Positions 1 to 11,560 of a stretch of 64,000 nt of DNA are shown here, in pieces. The notes below the pieces were generated by a model, which did no database searches, was not told the origin of the DNA, and saw only the letters and a program-made list of their open reading frames with translations. Position numbers and translations under genes: made by a program. The first letter of the stretch is position 1; every line of letters begins with the position of its first letter. Source of the DNA: Octopus vulgaris (taxonomy: Eukaryota); contig OX597817.1 in assembly GCA_951406725.2 (NCBI GenBank), positions 120,156,001-120,220,000 on the forward strand, in the 5' to 3' direction.

Positions 1-659
1 CTCTGTCCTTGTATTTAGACATGTGGTAGGGTCTAAGCTGCTTTTCCAGATAAGCCATCTCTCCATGTCACATAAACCGCACCTTCCGCTGCCGTTAGTG
101 TAGGGCTTACATCTGGCCAAAATCTTCCATTGTATGTTATAATCGACACCTTTATCTCTTAAAGACCAAATATGATTGGATAATTGTGTGGCTTTTCTTT
201 TGTTCCAGTGCCTAAAGCTCAAAGTGTGGTTATTGAACCTGGCCTTGAAATTACCCTCTGTCAGGCCCACGTATTTCTTCGTCGAAACGGTGTCTTTAGT
301 GGTTATAGAGTTTACGGTAGCTTCATATATGATGGTCTTGGACATGCAAGCTCCATTTAGCGGGCACAATTCTTTATTCCTGCATGAACAGCTGTTTTCT
401 TCTTGTGTTTTTTGTATGTTATGATTGATTATGTTTTTAAAATTGGTAGTTGAACTAAAACTAATTTTTAAATTGTGTCTATTGAAGAGTTTCCTATAAG
501 AATGGTTAACTGGAAAATGTCTATCTATCAGTGCTAGGAAATATTTACCTATATTGAAGGCCACCTCGGGTGAGTAAACCAGATGACCTTCCTATTTCTA
601 TTATTCCTTTTCCTTACTGTTGGGCTGGTGATAGGTGTATATTTTATTTTTTCGCTAAA
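1..659 (-). repeat. Inverted duplicate of the Penelope-like element 3' region (1670-2338)
   Basis: Direct reverse-complement match. By eye about 4 substitutions plus a 10-nt deletion (equivalent to 1756-1765, between TTAC direct repeats). Explains the near-identical spurious ORFs 176..424(+) and 1915..2139(-). Confidence 0.97.
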
Positions 660-2407
660 TACACACAACTCTTACACAACAGCATTACTAATAATTATAC
701 TAAGGCTAGGGCACAGACATATAACGAAATTAATAAAGAAGCTAGCGTCATCGCCGCTAAACTTAAATTAGATAAAAAAATAGAAAACCTCCCCCAAAAA
801 GAGGCCTTTATTACTATTAAAGATCACAAAGAAAACTTCCTTTCCAACCCTAAATGTAGGCTTATCAACCCAGCCAAGTCAGAACTAGGGATTATTAGCA
901 AAGAAATTTTAGATAAAATAAATACGAAAATTAAGACCGATACTAGGCTAGTGCAATGGTCCAATAGTATAGAAGTCGTAGACTGGTTTAAAGCTATTAA
1001 GAATAAGAAAAAGCGAGGTTTACACAATTCGATATTGTTGATTTTTATGCCTCTATCTCTAAAGAACTGCTAGATAAAGCCCTAATCTTCGCTAGTGACT
1101 TCATAGAAATTAGTACCAATGATAAGGATATAATCTTCCATGCTAGAAAGACATTACTTTTCAGTGAGAATGCAAAGTGGGTAAAAAACACCGACACGGA
1201 GGGCGCTTTCGATGTGAGCATGGGTTCATATGATGGGGCAGGCATCTGTGATCTAATTGGACTCTTTCTCCTAGATACCTTCGGTAAGACATTCCCTAAC
1301 GTACATTTCGCCATCTACAAAGATGATGCCCTCGCCTTAACAGCTAATACAAATGGACCAGCACAAGATCGTTTTAGGAAGGATATTATCCAGTTAATCA
1401 AACACTTCGGACTTAGTATAACTATAGACACTAACCTGACGGTTGTCAATTTCTTAGACGTTTCCTTAGATCTTAATAATAATATTTATAAGCCTTATAG
1501 GAAGCCCAATGATAGACTAAGTTATATTAATGTAGGTTCATGCCATCCCCCTATAGTATTCAAAAATTTAGTTAAAAATATTAGTAAGAGGATTTCTAGC
1601 CTCTCATCTAATAAGGACATCTTCAATAGCGTTGCCCCAGTTTATAATAAAGCTTTAAAAGATAGTGGTTTTAGCGAAAAAATAAAATATACACCTATCA
1701 CCAGCCCAACAGTAAGGAAAAGGAATAATAGAAATAGGAAGGTCATCTGGTTTACGCCCCCTTACTCACCCGAGGTGGCCTTCAATATAGGTAAATATTT
1801 CCTAGCACTGATAGATAGACATTTTCCAGTTAACCATGCTTATAGGAAACTCTTCAATAGACACAATTTAAAAATTAGTTTTAGTTCAACTACCAATTTT
1901 AAAAACATAATCAATCATAACATACAAAAAACACAAGAAGAAAACAGCTGTTCATGCAGGAATAAAGAATTGTGCCCGCTAAATGGAGCTTGCATGTCCA
2001 AGACCATCATATATGAAGCTACCGTAAACTCTATAACCACTAAAGACACCGTTTCGACGAAGAAATACGTGGGCCTGACAGAGGGTAATTTCAAGGCCAG
2101 GTTCAATAACCACACTTTGAGCTTTAGGCACTGGAACAAAAGAAAAGCGACACAATTATCCAGTCATATTTGGTCTTTAAGAGATAAAGGTGTCGATTAT
2201 AACATACAATGGAAGATTTTGGCCAGATGTAAGCCCTACACTAACGGCAGCGGAAGGTGCGGTTTATGCGACATGGAGAGATGGCTTATCTGGAAAAGCA
2301 GCTTAGACCCTACCACATGTCTAAATACAAGGACAGAGCTTTTCGGATCATGCCCACATGTGACTAAATTTCTGTTACGTTTTTGGTCCCCTAAAGAAAA
2401 CGGATAG
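660..2407 (+). pseudogene. Penelope-like RT/GIY-YIG polyprotein, 5'-truncated, one frameshift in the A-run near 1004-1012
   Basis: The frame of ORF 570 gives FITIKDHKENF..PKCRLINPAKSELG..QWSNS. After the shift, the frame of ORF 1214 is open from about 1010 and gives FTQFDIVDFYASIS, FDVSMGSYDGA, YKDD (1316-1327), NFLDVSLDL, YKPYRKPN. Confidence 0.9.
1214..2407 (+). CDS. C-terminal open frame of Penelope-like reverse transcriptase + GIY-YIG endonuclease (frame is open from about 1010)
   Basis: MGSYDGA, YKDD, FLDV, thumb region S.HPP, CSCRNKELCPLNGAC linker (1949-1993), IIYEA..KYVGLTEGNFKARFNNH (GIY-YIG), CGLCDME..LNTRTE..CPH; TAG stop at 2405-2407. Confidence 0.88.
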   Translation: MSMGSYDGAGICDLIGLFLLDTFGKTFPNVHFAIYKDDALALTANTNGPAQDRFRKDIIQLIKHFGLSITIDTNLTVVNFLDVSLDLNNNIYKPYRKPNDRLSYINVGSCHPPIVFKNLVKNISKRISSLSSNKDIFNSVAPVYNKALKDSGFSEKIKYTPITSPTVRKRNNRNRKVIWFTPPYSPEVAFNIGKYFLALIDRHFPVNHAYRKLFNRHNLKISFSSTTNFKNIINHNIQKTQEENSCSCRNKELCPLNGACMSKTIIYEATVNSITTKDTVSTKKYVGLTEGNFKARFNNHTLSFRHWNKRKATQLSSHIWSLRDKGVDYNIQWKILARCKPYTNGSGRCGLCDMERWLIWKSSLDPTTCLNTRTELFGSCPHVTKFLLRFWSPKENG

Positions 2408-2601
2408 AACATGCTTTCTGTGTTATGTCCCAAGAAGATTTTATATATTTTTTATATATTTTTATATATTTTTATGTATTTTATATAATTTTTATGACGA
2501 AAAATGCGAGCGATGTATAAGTACGCAGGCAAAGCAGAGTTATAACAGAGTAATTTCCCTTCATTTTTAACGGTATTTTTTCATAACGTTTTCAAATAGC
2601 C

Positions 2602-2664
2602 AGATAACCGAAGAGATGGTGTTGTGGATTTCCACTTCGGCATCTGAAACTCAGAGTTTTATCT
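2602..2664 (+). ncRNA. Candidate type I hammerhead ribozyme in the 3' end of the Penelope-like element (core variant CCGAAGA)
   Basis: Stem I AGATAA/TTATCT; core CCGAAGA (canonical CUGANGA); imperfect stem II GATG..GTGGA-TT-TCCAC..CATC; TGAAA; short stem III CTC-A-GAG; GUU cleavage triplet. Confidence 0.7.
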
Positions 2665-2693
2665 TGACTACCGAGTAATGTAACATATTGTAT

Positions 2694-2695
<2 letters not shown>

Positions 2696-2756
<61 letters not shown>
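2696..2756. repeat. (TA)n microsatellite
   Basis: Near-pure TA run directly after the Penelope-like 3' end. Confidence 0.95.
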
Positions 2757-5050
2757 AACAATGATATACTTTCATGTAATATTCCAAGCATTTTAACTGA
2801 AATCTAAGCCTATTTGTGTGTGAGTGTGAGCATGTCAGTTTAAGTGTGCATCTATGTGTGCCTGTGTAGGTATGCACATGCACACACCACATACTCTCAC
2901 ACAAATATACACAGAAATTATCAGACTGACCCTTATAATATTATGAGAAGTTAAATCGAAAAATAATTGTTTTCTAGCAAGCACATATTTCACTCAGTAG
3001 ACAAAACATTTGGTAAAAAAGATAAAATATATTTCCAGTAGAGAACATAAATTTTAATATTTATGTTAATTACGGACAATAATTTGGTTCATCATATTAT
3101 TCAGAAACAATAAGCAACTATTTAAATTTTTTAAATATTATTCAAATAAGTATTTTCTAAGAAATGATAATGAGCAAATTTTCCTGGCAATTGTAGAGAT
3201 ATTTTATTGTACTTTATCTCTAGGTTGATGTTCTAAACAAAAAATTCTTGGTTGCTGATACAATTGAGAATATTTGATTCTTATTTTAAATTCTTTCCTA
3301 ATTACTAAAACTTCCCATTTTCTCAAGATTTATTAAGTTGCTATAACTAAAATACTGATTTATATTAGTAACTTTGTAAGGGGATAGATTTTTACCTCTT
3401 GTAAACTCAACAATTTTAAGTCTACAAAAGATCCTTATTCAAATGTAAGGATTATCACAAAAATAACCCAAAACTAAAAGATGAACGAGAATACTTATAA
3501 AAGCATATTCAGCTCTACTGTGTATCAGTTTTAAATTTGACTGATTAATAAGCTAAAACCATCATCATTTATCAGCATGTTGTATCACAAATTTTAAAAT
3601 TGTATTTGGAATTTCAAAAGCATTCAACTAATGTATTCTGAAAGCAGAATTCTCATAATAAGGAAGATTTTTTACTAGAACTGTATTCAAAATGAATTTT
3701 TTTGATGAAGCCTTATGTTTAGAATAGTTGGGAAAATTATTTTAAAACAATGATACCAGCATCAAAATTTACTAGTTATTTTCCTTAAATATTTATATTT
3801 AAAGTAAAGTTCAAGACATTTCTAGAACATTCTAACATATTACTTGTTTCGAGATCTATTCATGATTACATGAGAGAATGCAAAAGATATAAAGTTGCAA
3901 TAAAATAAGAGGTTTATTGTGTGGATCTTGTGTGATTCTGATGTTAATTGCTTTCTCAAGAATTTCAGAAGCACTTCACAGGCTTGTCATTTGACAATAA
4001 GAGCTGGAAGTATTTCCATACAAAACATATCCTAGTAGAAGTTATTACTTTGATTAAGGAATACTGCTACTAGCATAATTAAAGCTCTTTAATATTAGTT
4101 TATTCTACAGAGAACTTTCTTCAGATGGATTTACTTACAATATAAGGAAGACAAAGGAAATGAAACAAAGTATGGCTCTTATATATGAATATTAGCATTT
4201 TAATGCATACATGACACAATGAGAGCATACAGGTGATAAAATCTTTCAGGAAAAAGGGAAAATGTTATTCTTGAGATAAAATTGCTATTCTTAGGATAAA
4301 ATGCTATGTCACTTGTGAAAGCCAAAAGAATTTATCTAGAGAGAATCTACATATTATACACAAAATAATTGTTTTAATACTGTGTAAACACTGTTCATAA
4401 ATGTCAACCAATACTTTATTGGTTGCCTTTTATTGTCTCCTCCTTCACAATGATGTATCTAAAGGTTTAATGTTGACCAAAATTCCATAAATATGGAGCC
4501 ATGGAAACAAATTCTAAAAGCTTCTGTATAGACAAGCTCTCTTTGAGAAAAAATTACAAATAGGAAAATATTCTTCTTAAACACAACAAAAATATATTAG
4601 TAATTTATTAGTTTTATATAAAATTTTGGTGCATTTGACAATGTAAATTTTGTACATTAAACATTTCATAACATCTCTGATTGCAATCATTTTACATGTT
4701 GTAGAAATACAATCATCTTATTCTCAGAATATTTCACTTTGTTTATAATTAGTTTTGATTAAAAGTATACCTTACATGTCATGTACTTAAAATATAAGAT
4801 TTCTTTTGAATCCTATAAAACAAAATTTATATTGTTATTTTCCAGAATATTTTCTTAAAACTGTATCTATGAAAGCATAATATTCTAATTCAGATAATTA
4901 TATCAACAGTTCAGAGCGTCGGCATAAAAACTGAATTTACTGTATAAGAAAAAAAATTACAACTTAAAGCTTAAACTGTCTCTCAATGCTCATATAAGAA
5001 AACAGTTGAAAATTATATACAACAACACTGTTTTGAGTCATACTCATATA

Positions 5051-5262
5051 AGGCAGCAAGCTTGCAGAATCAGCATGCCAGACAAAATCATTAGCAGAAT
5101 CTCTTATGGCTTTTCATTTGAAGTTCAAATGCTGCCATGGTAAACTTTGTTTTTCATCATTTTGGGGTTGATAAAATAAGTACCAATTGAACAATGGGGT
5201 CAATGTAATTGACTTCTTCTCCTCCAAATCTCAGACCATATGCTTGAAGTAGAAATGCTTAT
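5051..5262 (+). mobile_element. SINE family A, diverged copy
   Basis: Aligns with 45369-45597 (ggcagc.agct.gcagaatc head; ttt.cttttcatc.ttt.ggggttgataaaataagtacca block). Boundaries approximate. Confidence 0.75.
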
Positions 5263-6130
5263 TAATACTCATAATCACACATATTCTTGTCAATTTACTA
5301 TCTTATTTGATAATTTTCATCTAAAAGTTTAATCATTAATTCATCATTATTATATTGTAACAGAACTTAAATATTCATTAATGAATTCTAAAACTTCAAA
5401 AAAAAAAAATAAAGCCTAATGAGGTAAAAAGAATAGGATAAGCATTGAACCAATGATATTCTTTTTTCAATTTCAACTATTTTACTACTCAATTTTATGC
5501 ATACATCACCGACCAAAAATCATTAGTTCTCAAGAGAATGGAGTCTATTAAGACTATTTTGTTTACTGTAATATTATACCTTTAAGAATAAAACATCATT
5601 AGTGAAGACCTAAAGATACATTAAAGGAAATTTTACACAAATGGAAAAGAAATAAAGTGGGTATTTTGTTGATATACAGTACTGAGTTCCTTCCCTCATC
5701 AATATCTCAGAATGAAGAATGTATTTCATCAGATTAACTTGATTTAGATATATGGATTTGAAGCCTGCAACCCCACAGCAGTGCACCCATAATCAAATAG
5801 TTAATGGGACTCACCGTCTAAGTATAATGAAATAATTTGCATGCAAATTGCAAATGCATTTACTTTCGGTATATCACAAATTATATTAATATTCAGAATA
5901 TAATATCAATTCTCTTGTAATTAAAACTAGCTATATCAATTTAAAGATTCTATTCTAAGAAGCAAGTAACAATCAGTTAGGGGTCATTTTGGCCCATAAT
6001 TAAATACACTTGAGCCATGAAAGGAGCCTCTGCACAGTCAATCACTTTATAAGAAATAACTCACAAATCTTTCTGAAATTACACTATACAGTTAATAAAA
6101 AAAACAAAAAAACAGAAGTATACATTAGAC

Positions 6131-6488
6131 TAGTGATCCTCAACCAGAGTCCATATGGTCCCTGAGAGTTCATATAAGATTTGGGGGGGGGACCATGCAA
6201 CAAAATAATATATCATGGATCAACAATAGTATTTTTAAGACCCCAGATAAAATTTTGTTTTACATGTATGTATTGATATGTATTGCAAGAAATAGATGGG
6301 TTTCTTTCTCTAACATTTCACATTGTTCAACCTACACAACTTAATGTGAGCAAAACAAATTAAGAATTTTGAATGCAGTAGTCATAAAACTAGTTTCTTA
6401 TCTTTAACCATGCATTAGCTATGGGGGTCCATCAGAATAAAATAGCAATCAAAGGAGTCCATTGGTAAAAAATGGTTGCGAACCCTTG
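6131..6488. mobile_element. hAT (Charlie-like) MITE
   Basis: Degenerate TIRs TAGTGATCCTCAACC / GGTTGCGAACCCTTG resembling CAGTGGTTCTCAACC; 8-bp target duplication CATTAGAC (6123-6130) / CATTAGAT (6489-6496). Confidence 0.75.
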
Positions 6489-8476
6489 CATTAGATAATA
6501 CAATCCTGAATATACAAAAAGATGTGATGGCCACAATTGGAAAGCATATAGTTGTAGGTCTAACATTAAATGCATGCACTAGCTGGTATTATTCCCTTCT
6601 TTGTTCTTTTGCTTTGAGTCTCAAAGTATTTCATTCCTGTGACTCAGTAACAGACTCCTGCTTGAAACTTTAGTGATTCATTTAACTGACCCCAACTCAA
6701 AAACTGATACTCATACATGAATAATGAAAGAAGTAAACATCAATAAGTATGTGTTGAATTTTTGGCAAAGATGCCGTTTTCAGAACAATATTCCTTTGAA
6801 AACGCATTTTCAGATAAAAACTTTTCAAAATATACACCAGTTAGTTAATCTATGTTGAACTAAAGAACTTACCAAAGTAACTTATTTTCATATATATTAA
6901 TATATTTTCATGATCTACAAAGACAAATGACTAACTGTCATTTGCAACTTAATAATTAATGGACATTGGATAGATGCCGAAATGAAATACTTTAACCAGG
7001 AAAAAGAAGTTCAATCTAAACCTAAGATCAAGATTGTTGTGAAAGAAACAAAAGTTCCTTTTTTAAAATATCCAATTTTTATTTCATAGAACATTGGTTC
7101 ATTAATGCATTTCTGTCATTTTGGAACACAATAAATAGCACCATTTCTATGTTCACACTTTATCTGCTTTGGACCATAATTTAGTATATTGGGTTGTGAC
7201 CAAGATATAGATAAAGCAATGCTGTCAGAAACATACAGAAGAAAGAAAATTATGTAAATGATCGTTTAATCTTTTTTTTTGCCATCATTATGGTTAATTA
7301 TCTTTCAATGATTCTATTATTATGAGAGATATTAGACAGCTTCATTGATATGCTTTAAAGAAACAATCAAACTATCAGTAAATTTCAGATACTGAGAAAA
7401 TTTTGTTTCATAAAACATTTATTCCCAAACTTAATTACCAGAGAATATAATATTAACTCTTTGAACTCTAGCTTTCCTGTATGTAAAAGTTGAACCATCT
7501 TGACCCAAGCTATGGCATAGGACCTATTATCATTTATATTACTGCCACTTCTGTTTTGTAATCTTACTGCAAGATCATCACTATCACTTCATTTTGGTGC
7601 AGTGTCACGAATAATCAGAAAATCATAAAACTTCAAGCTAGACATTACCTTACAACTAGCTTCAAAATACAACTGTGAAACAATAAAGATTTTTTGCTAA
7701 AGTTAATAAATAATGAATTACTAATTTTTCCAACAAGTGTTTCTAACATTATAAAACTGCTTCAGCATAAAATATCAAATACCTTTATATTCTAAATTGA
7801 TAGAACATTTTAACAGTTGAATTTTGATTTTGCTTTTAACCTCTGAGTTTTCAAACATTTTTTTATCAGCTTCAAAATATTTAATTTATGCTTCATATTT
7901 CTCTCGTGGAATCAATAAAGTTTTATCTCATTAGAAGTATATTATTCTAATACATTAAATATACATACAAATTTTAATTAATTTTTTTATTGATATCCTT
8001 CATAAATTTATGACAAATACTTTTTATCCTATTTTTGATTGACAAGTTAATTTTATGTAATCATTCTAAAGGTTATATTAAACATGCGTTTAATGATAAT
8101 AGTTAATATACATGACAACCAGCATTACCTAATTGCCCTGTCACATTTAAAGCAAGATTTCATTTATAGTTAAATGGTATTGATCTTTAATCTTGCATCA
8201 TTTTCTAGAACTGCTAATTTGCACTGCTTCCAAATTCTAAATTTAAATACAAAAATTATGAACAGAAGATGGTGATCATTATTAATATTTATGTTGTCAC
8301 TATTCTCTCTTTTGTGACAGCCAATAATGTCAGTGTGGGAGGTTGTGAACCAGGCAAGATGTTTTTAATTTTATTTTAGATAATATATATAGCTTCAATC
8401 CATTACAGAATCAATGTCACATTTTACTCCCAGAGATAGATAAGATGAACATCTCTGATATACAAGTGCTAAATCA

Positions 8477-8655
8477 TTATTATTTACATTATTTACATTT
8501 GATGGATATTTGTCCACATCTTGTTTGTTCTTAACACAACATTTCGGCTGATATACCCTCCAGCCTTCATCAAGTGTCTTGGGGAAATTTTGAACCTGGG
8601 TTCTCGTTCTGAAGGTATTTTTCGATATTATTATCATTATTATTACTCAGGTCAT
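8477..8655 (-). mobile_element. Fragment of a short element carrying a degenerate minimal hammerhead (8533-8578, minus strand)
   Basis: Minus strand reads GACAC-TTGATGA-AGGCTG-gagggtatat-CAGCC-GAAA-TG-TT-GTGTT. Its end (attatttacat) recurs at 11369-11379. Confidence 0.65.
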
Positions 8656-8726
8656 CCCAACTCTGCTACCATTGTGTCTTGTCATGTATAACATATCACT
8701 TGCTTGTGTTTCAAGAAGTTTCCTCT

Positions 8727-8956
8727 AAACATTTCTGATCCCAATCCACCTGAGACTGACCCTGATTCTGTGATACAAACTTCCTGTTTTAAAGTGATCT
8801 AAATTAAAAACTTCGATCAAAATTCCACATTAACTTATGCTCCAAAAGGTAGCTTGATAACAACAAAGCTAATTTACTAAAATTCTTCTTTATTTTCTAA
8901 ATTAGCTGAAACAGAGGCAGTGCATTTTAACAGAAATATGGTACCAAAAGGGTTAA
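8727..8956. mobile_element. TTAA-type (piggyBac-like) MITE
   Basis: Ends in AAAAGGGTTAA; a related copy lies in reverse orientation at about 11263-11560. Left end is degenerate. Confidence 0.6.
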
Positions 8957-10307
8957 TGATTCCATACAATGTTTCTACAGCTGTTTCAGTGAATGACACT
9001 CACCACACCATCAACTATATTAATTTTTGTACAGTTTGTTATTTTCACTAAAGATTTTCAAACAATTACATCTTCACCAGAACCATTTGATTCCCATTTA
9101 AACTGAAAAACATTGTCTGTATACAACTTGCTCATTTGCTTTTTATACATCTAAAGATTTAATTTGCTATCAACAATCAATGTATCTTAAAAATCTTCAT
9201 TACACTCCCTAAGGATTGATTTTATATATTACAACACCTAAGTAGAGCACATTCTTCTCTGTCTATATTCATTATCTTGACAACTGACTGCAAAATATAA
9301 ATCTGTTATGGTCCTTATATTAAATGATAATGATAATGTTGAAAATTGAAAGTATTAGCTTGTTTTCAATTTACAGAGTTTCACCCATGCTTCAATTTCA
9401 TAAGGAGTTCACTTTGAAATAAAATATTTTCTCCCCCTCATTTCTGATTTCAAAAAATCTTTCAATAAGTTTGTCTTCACTTTTGTCTGCCAGCTCAACA
9501 AACATGATTTACTTGCTCAATGATTTATCAAAGAACTCAAAAGCACCATTTCCCCAACCCCATTTTTTGCACAATTCACATCTATTAGTAATTTGTACCA
9601 ATGATTTTTTTTTTCTTTTCATGTCATCTACATCTATCTTGACTAATTTTGATTTTGAAGTAACCCTTAACAAAATTGTTTTTACGAATGCTATTTTGTA
9701 ACTGAAGATTCTCCATTGTTATTATAGATGGAGATAGAGAGTATTTTTGACTTGTCTCATAATGAATTATCTTACTACAATATTTTGCAAAAATTACCTG
9801 CTTTCATAATTTCTATGTATTCTCTTTTCATGAATTTCTGGGAGAAGGCATTATCTTTCTTTCTATTCTACAGTATAATCAGAAGATTCTTGATTGCATA
9901 AGGTATCATGACAGAAATTCTGTCTCAAAAGAGTTAATTGCTGGCATGATCCTACATACTTTAAAATTATGTTTGGATATTTCATTGATCATTTCTAGTC
10001 TTTAAAATATTTGTATATAATATTATTTTCAAACTAATTGATTACTTCTTATATATTGGCTCGTCAAAAGTTCATTTACTTTTAATATGAAGTGAGTTAT
10101 TGTCAAGTGGAATATTCATTTTCTTTAGCTTTGTAAATATTTTCACAAAATAAAAAGTTTTAATCTATTTTATAATGTAAAGCAATGATGAGAAAAGGCT
10201 GTTCTTTAGCTTTTCTCCTCATTCTCCTGATTTAATACTTCTGTATCAAAACTGAGACTTTTACTGCTGTTCTCTGGGTATGCTGTAAATACTAATGGTA
10301 GTATTGC

Positions 10308-10520
10308 TTTCAAATTTTGGCACAAGGCCAGCAACTTTGTGAGAGGGAGTAAGTGTATTACATCAACTCCAGTGCTCAACTGATACTTATTTTATCAACC
10401 TTGAAAGGATGAAAGGCAAAGTTGACCTCAACGGTATTTGAACTTAGAATGCAAGGACAGAAAAATACTGCAAAGCATTTTTCCCGGCATGCTAACAATT
10501 CTACCAGCTCACTGCCTTAA
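10308..10520 (-). mobile_element. SINE family A
   Basis: Reverse complement of the 45369-45597 copy. Confidence 0.85.
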
Positions 10521-11262
10521 CCATAAAAATAATATTGATGCATATAAACATAATATACATCACTTTAATTTTGTATAAATTTATCTAGCTACCAAACCAA
10601 TTAATATGTGCCCAGGGGTATGTATTTAGTTGTAAATATGGATATTATTTAAATGTTTAAAATAATACTTATCAAGTGTAGACATCATTAACCACTTTTA
10701 GTTTTTTAAATTTCATTGAATAGTTGACAGCTATGCTGGGAGAGGTATGGCATTATTTCTACCTCAATAAATTCCACATAAAACCAGATTTTTAATACTT
10801 AAATAATGATAGAAAGATATTTGAAAATGTACCAAATGACTTATAGTTTCTGCTAACAAATTTCACTGAAGCAAAAAAGAAAAAAAATTGTCTCACATTC
10901 AACAGGCATGGATTACATATGCAACTTTCATTTAAGATATTCATTTCTTCAAAGAATATCATTCCTTTTCAATAGGTATCAGTTTTGGTATATTCTGTGT
11001 ATTAGAAACTTGTCAAGAGAACTCAAATAATTCTAAAATTAGCTACAAATCCTATAAATCTGTCAATAATTACGAATACTATAACAATGTTTTTATATCT
11101 AATATTCTAAATAAACAACCCTTGAATTCGTTTTTAATACCCTCACATTATTTTCTAATTTTTAACACATTGTATCTGCAGCACATGCTGAAATTTATTA
11201 GTGCTTGCTTTCAGGATTTAGTAGCATTGTAGTCCTAACCATTGTAGTTTCTTCAATGTTTA

Positions 11263-11560
11263 TTTTACCCTTTCTTATTTTACATTTTCTTTGAAATATT
11301 TTCGTTATAACATTTTTGTTAAATACACAGCCTTTCTGTATTTTTTTGAGAGATGAGGAATTATGTACATTATTTACATAATGTAAATAATGTACACAGA
11401 CTTTGTTTTAATTTATTTTTAAAATAATGAAGAATTTTGTAAAATTACTTTCTCTTTATTAAGCTAGTTTTTACTATATAAGTTATCGTGAAATTTTGAG
11501 GGAAGTTTTTATCTAGATTACTTCAAAATAAGAAATATGTATCATAGATCAAACAGGCTT
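11263..11560. mobile_element. Diverged TTAA-type MITE (reverse copy of 8727-8956) interrupted by a short palindromic insertion
   Basis: ttttaccctttc start; aaaataatgaagaattt.gtaaaatta..gtatcataga matches the reverse complement of 8727-8956; insertion at about 11336-11392. Confidence 0.55.

Larger units (their letters stand above)
1..2695 (+). mobile_element. Penelope-like retroelement (Naiad-like): 5'-truncated RT-EN body with an inverted copy of its 3' region upstream; runs off the window start
   Basis: RT and GIY-YIG motifs at 660-2407. Positions 1-659 are the reverse complement of 1670-2338. Hammerhead-like motif at 2602-2664. The element ends at a (TA)n tract. Confidence 0.92.

Noticed and set aside
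176-424. Duplicate 82-aa and 74-aa ORFs (176..424 + and 1915..2139 -)
   Set aside because: Antisense frames of the GIY-YIG coding region, duplicated by the inversion.
570-659. N-terminus of ORF 570..1073 (MSKPDDLPISIIPFPYCW..)
   Set aside because: Read-through from the inverted arm; genuine element coding starts at about 660.
1010-2407. Selenocysteine recoding as reported for some Naiad elements
   Set aside because: No in-frame TGA in the visible frame, the stop is TAG, and no SECIS could be supported.
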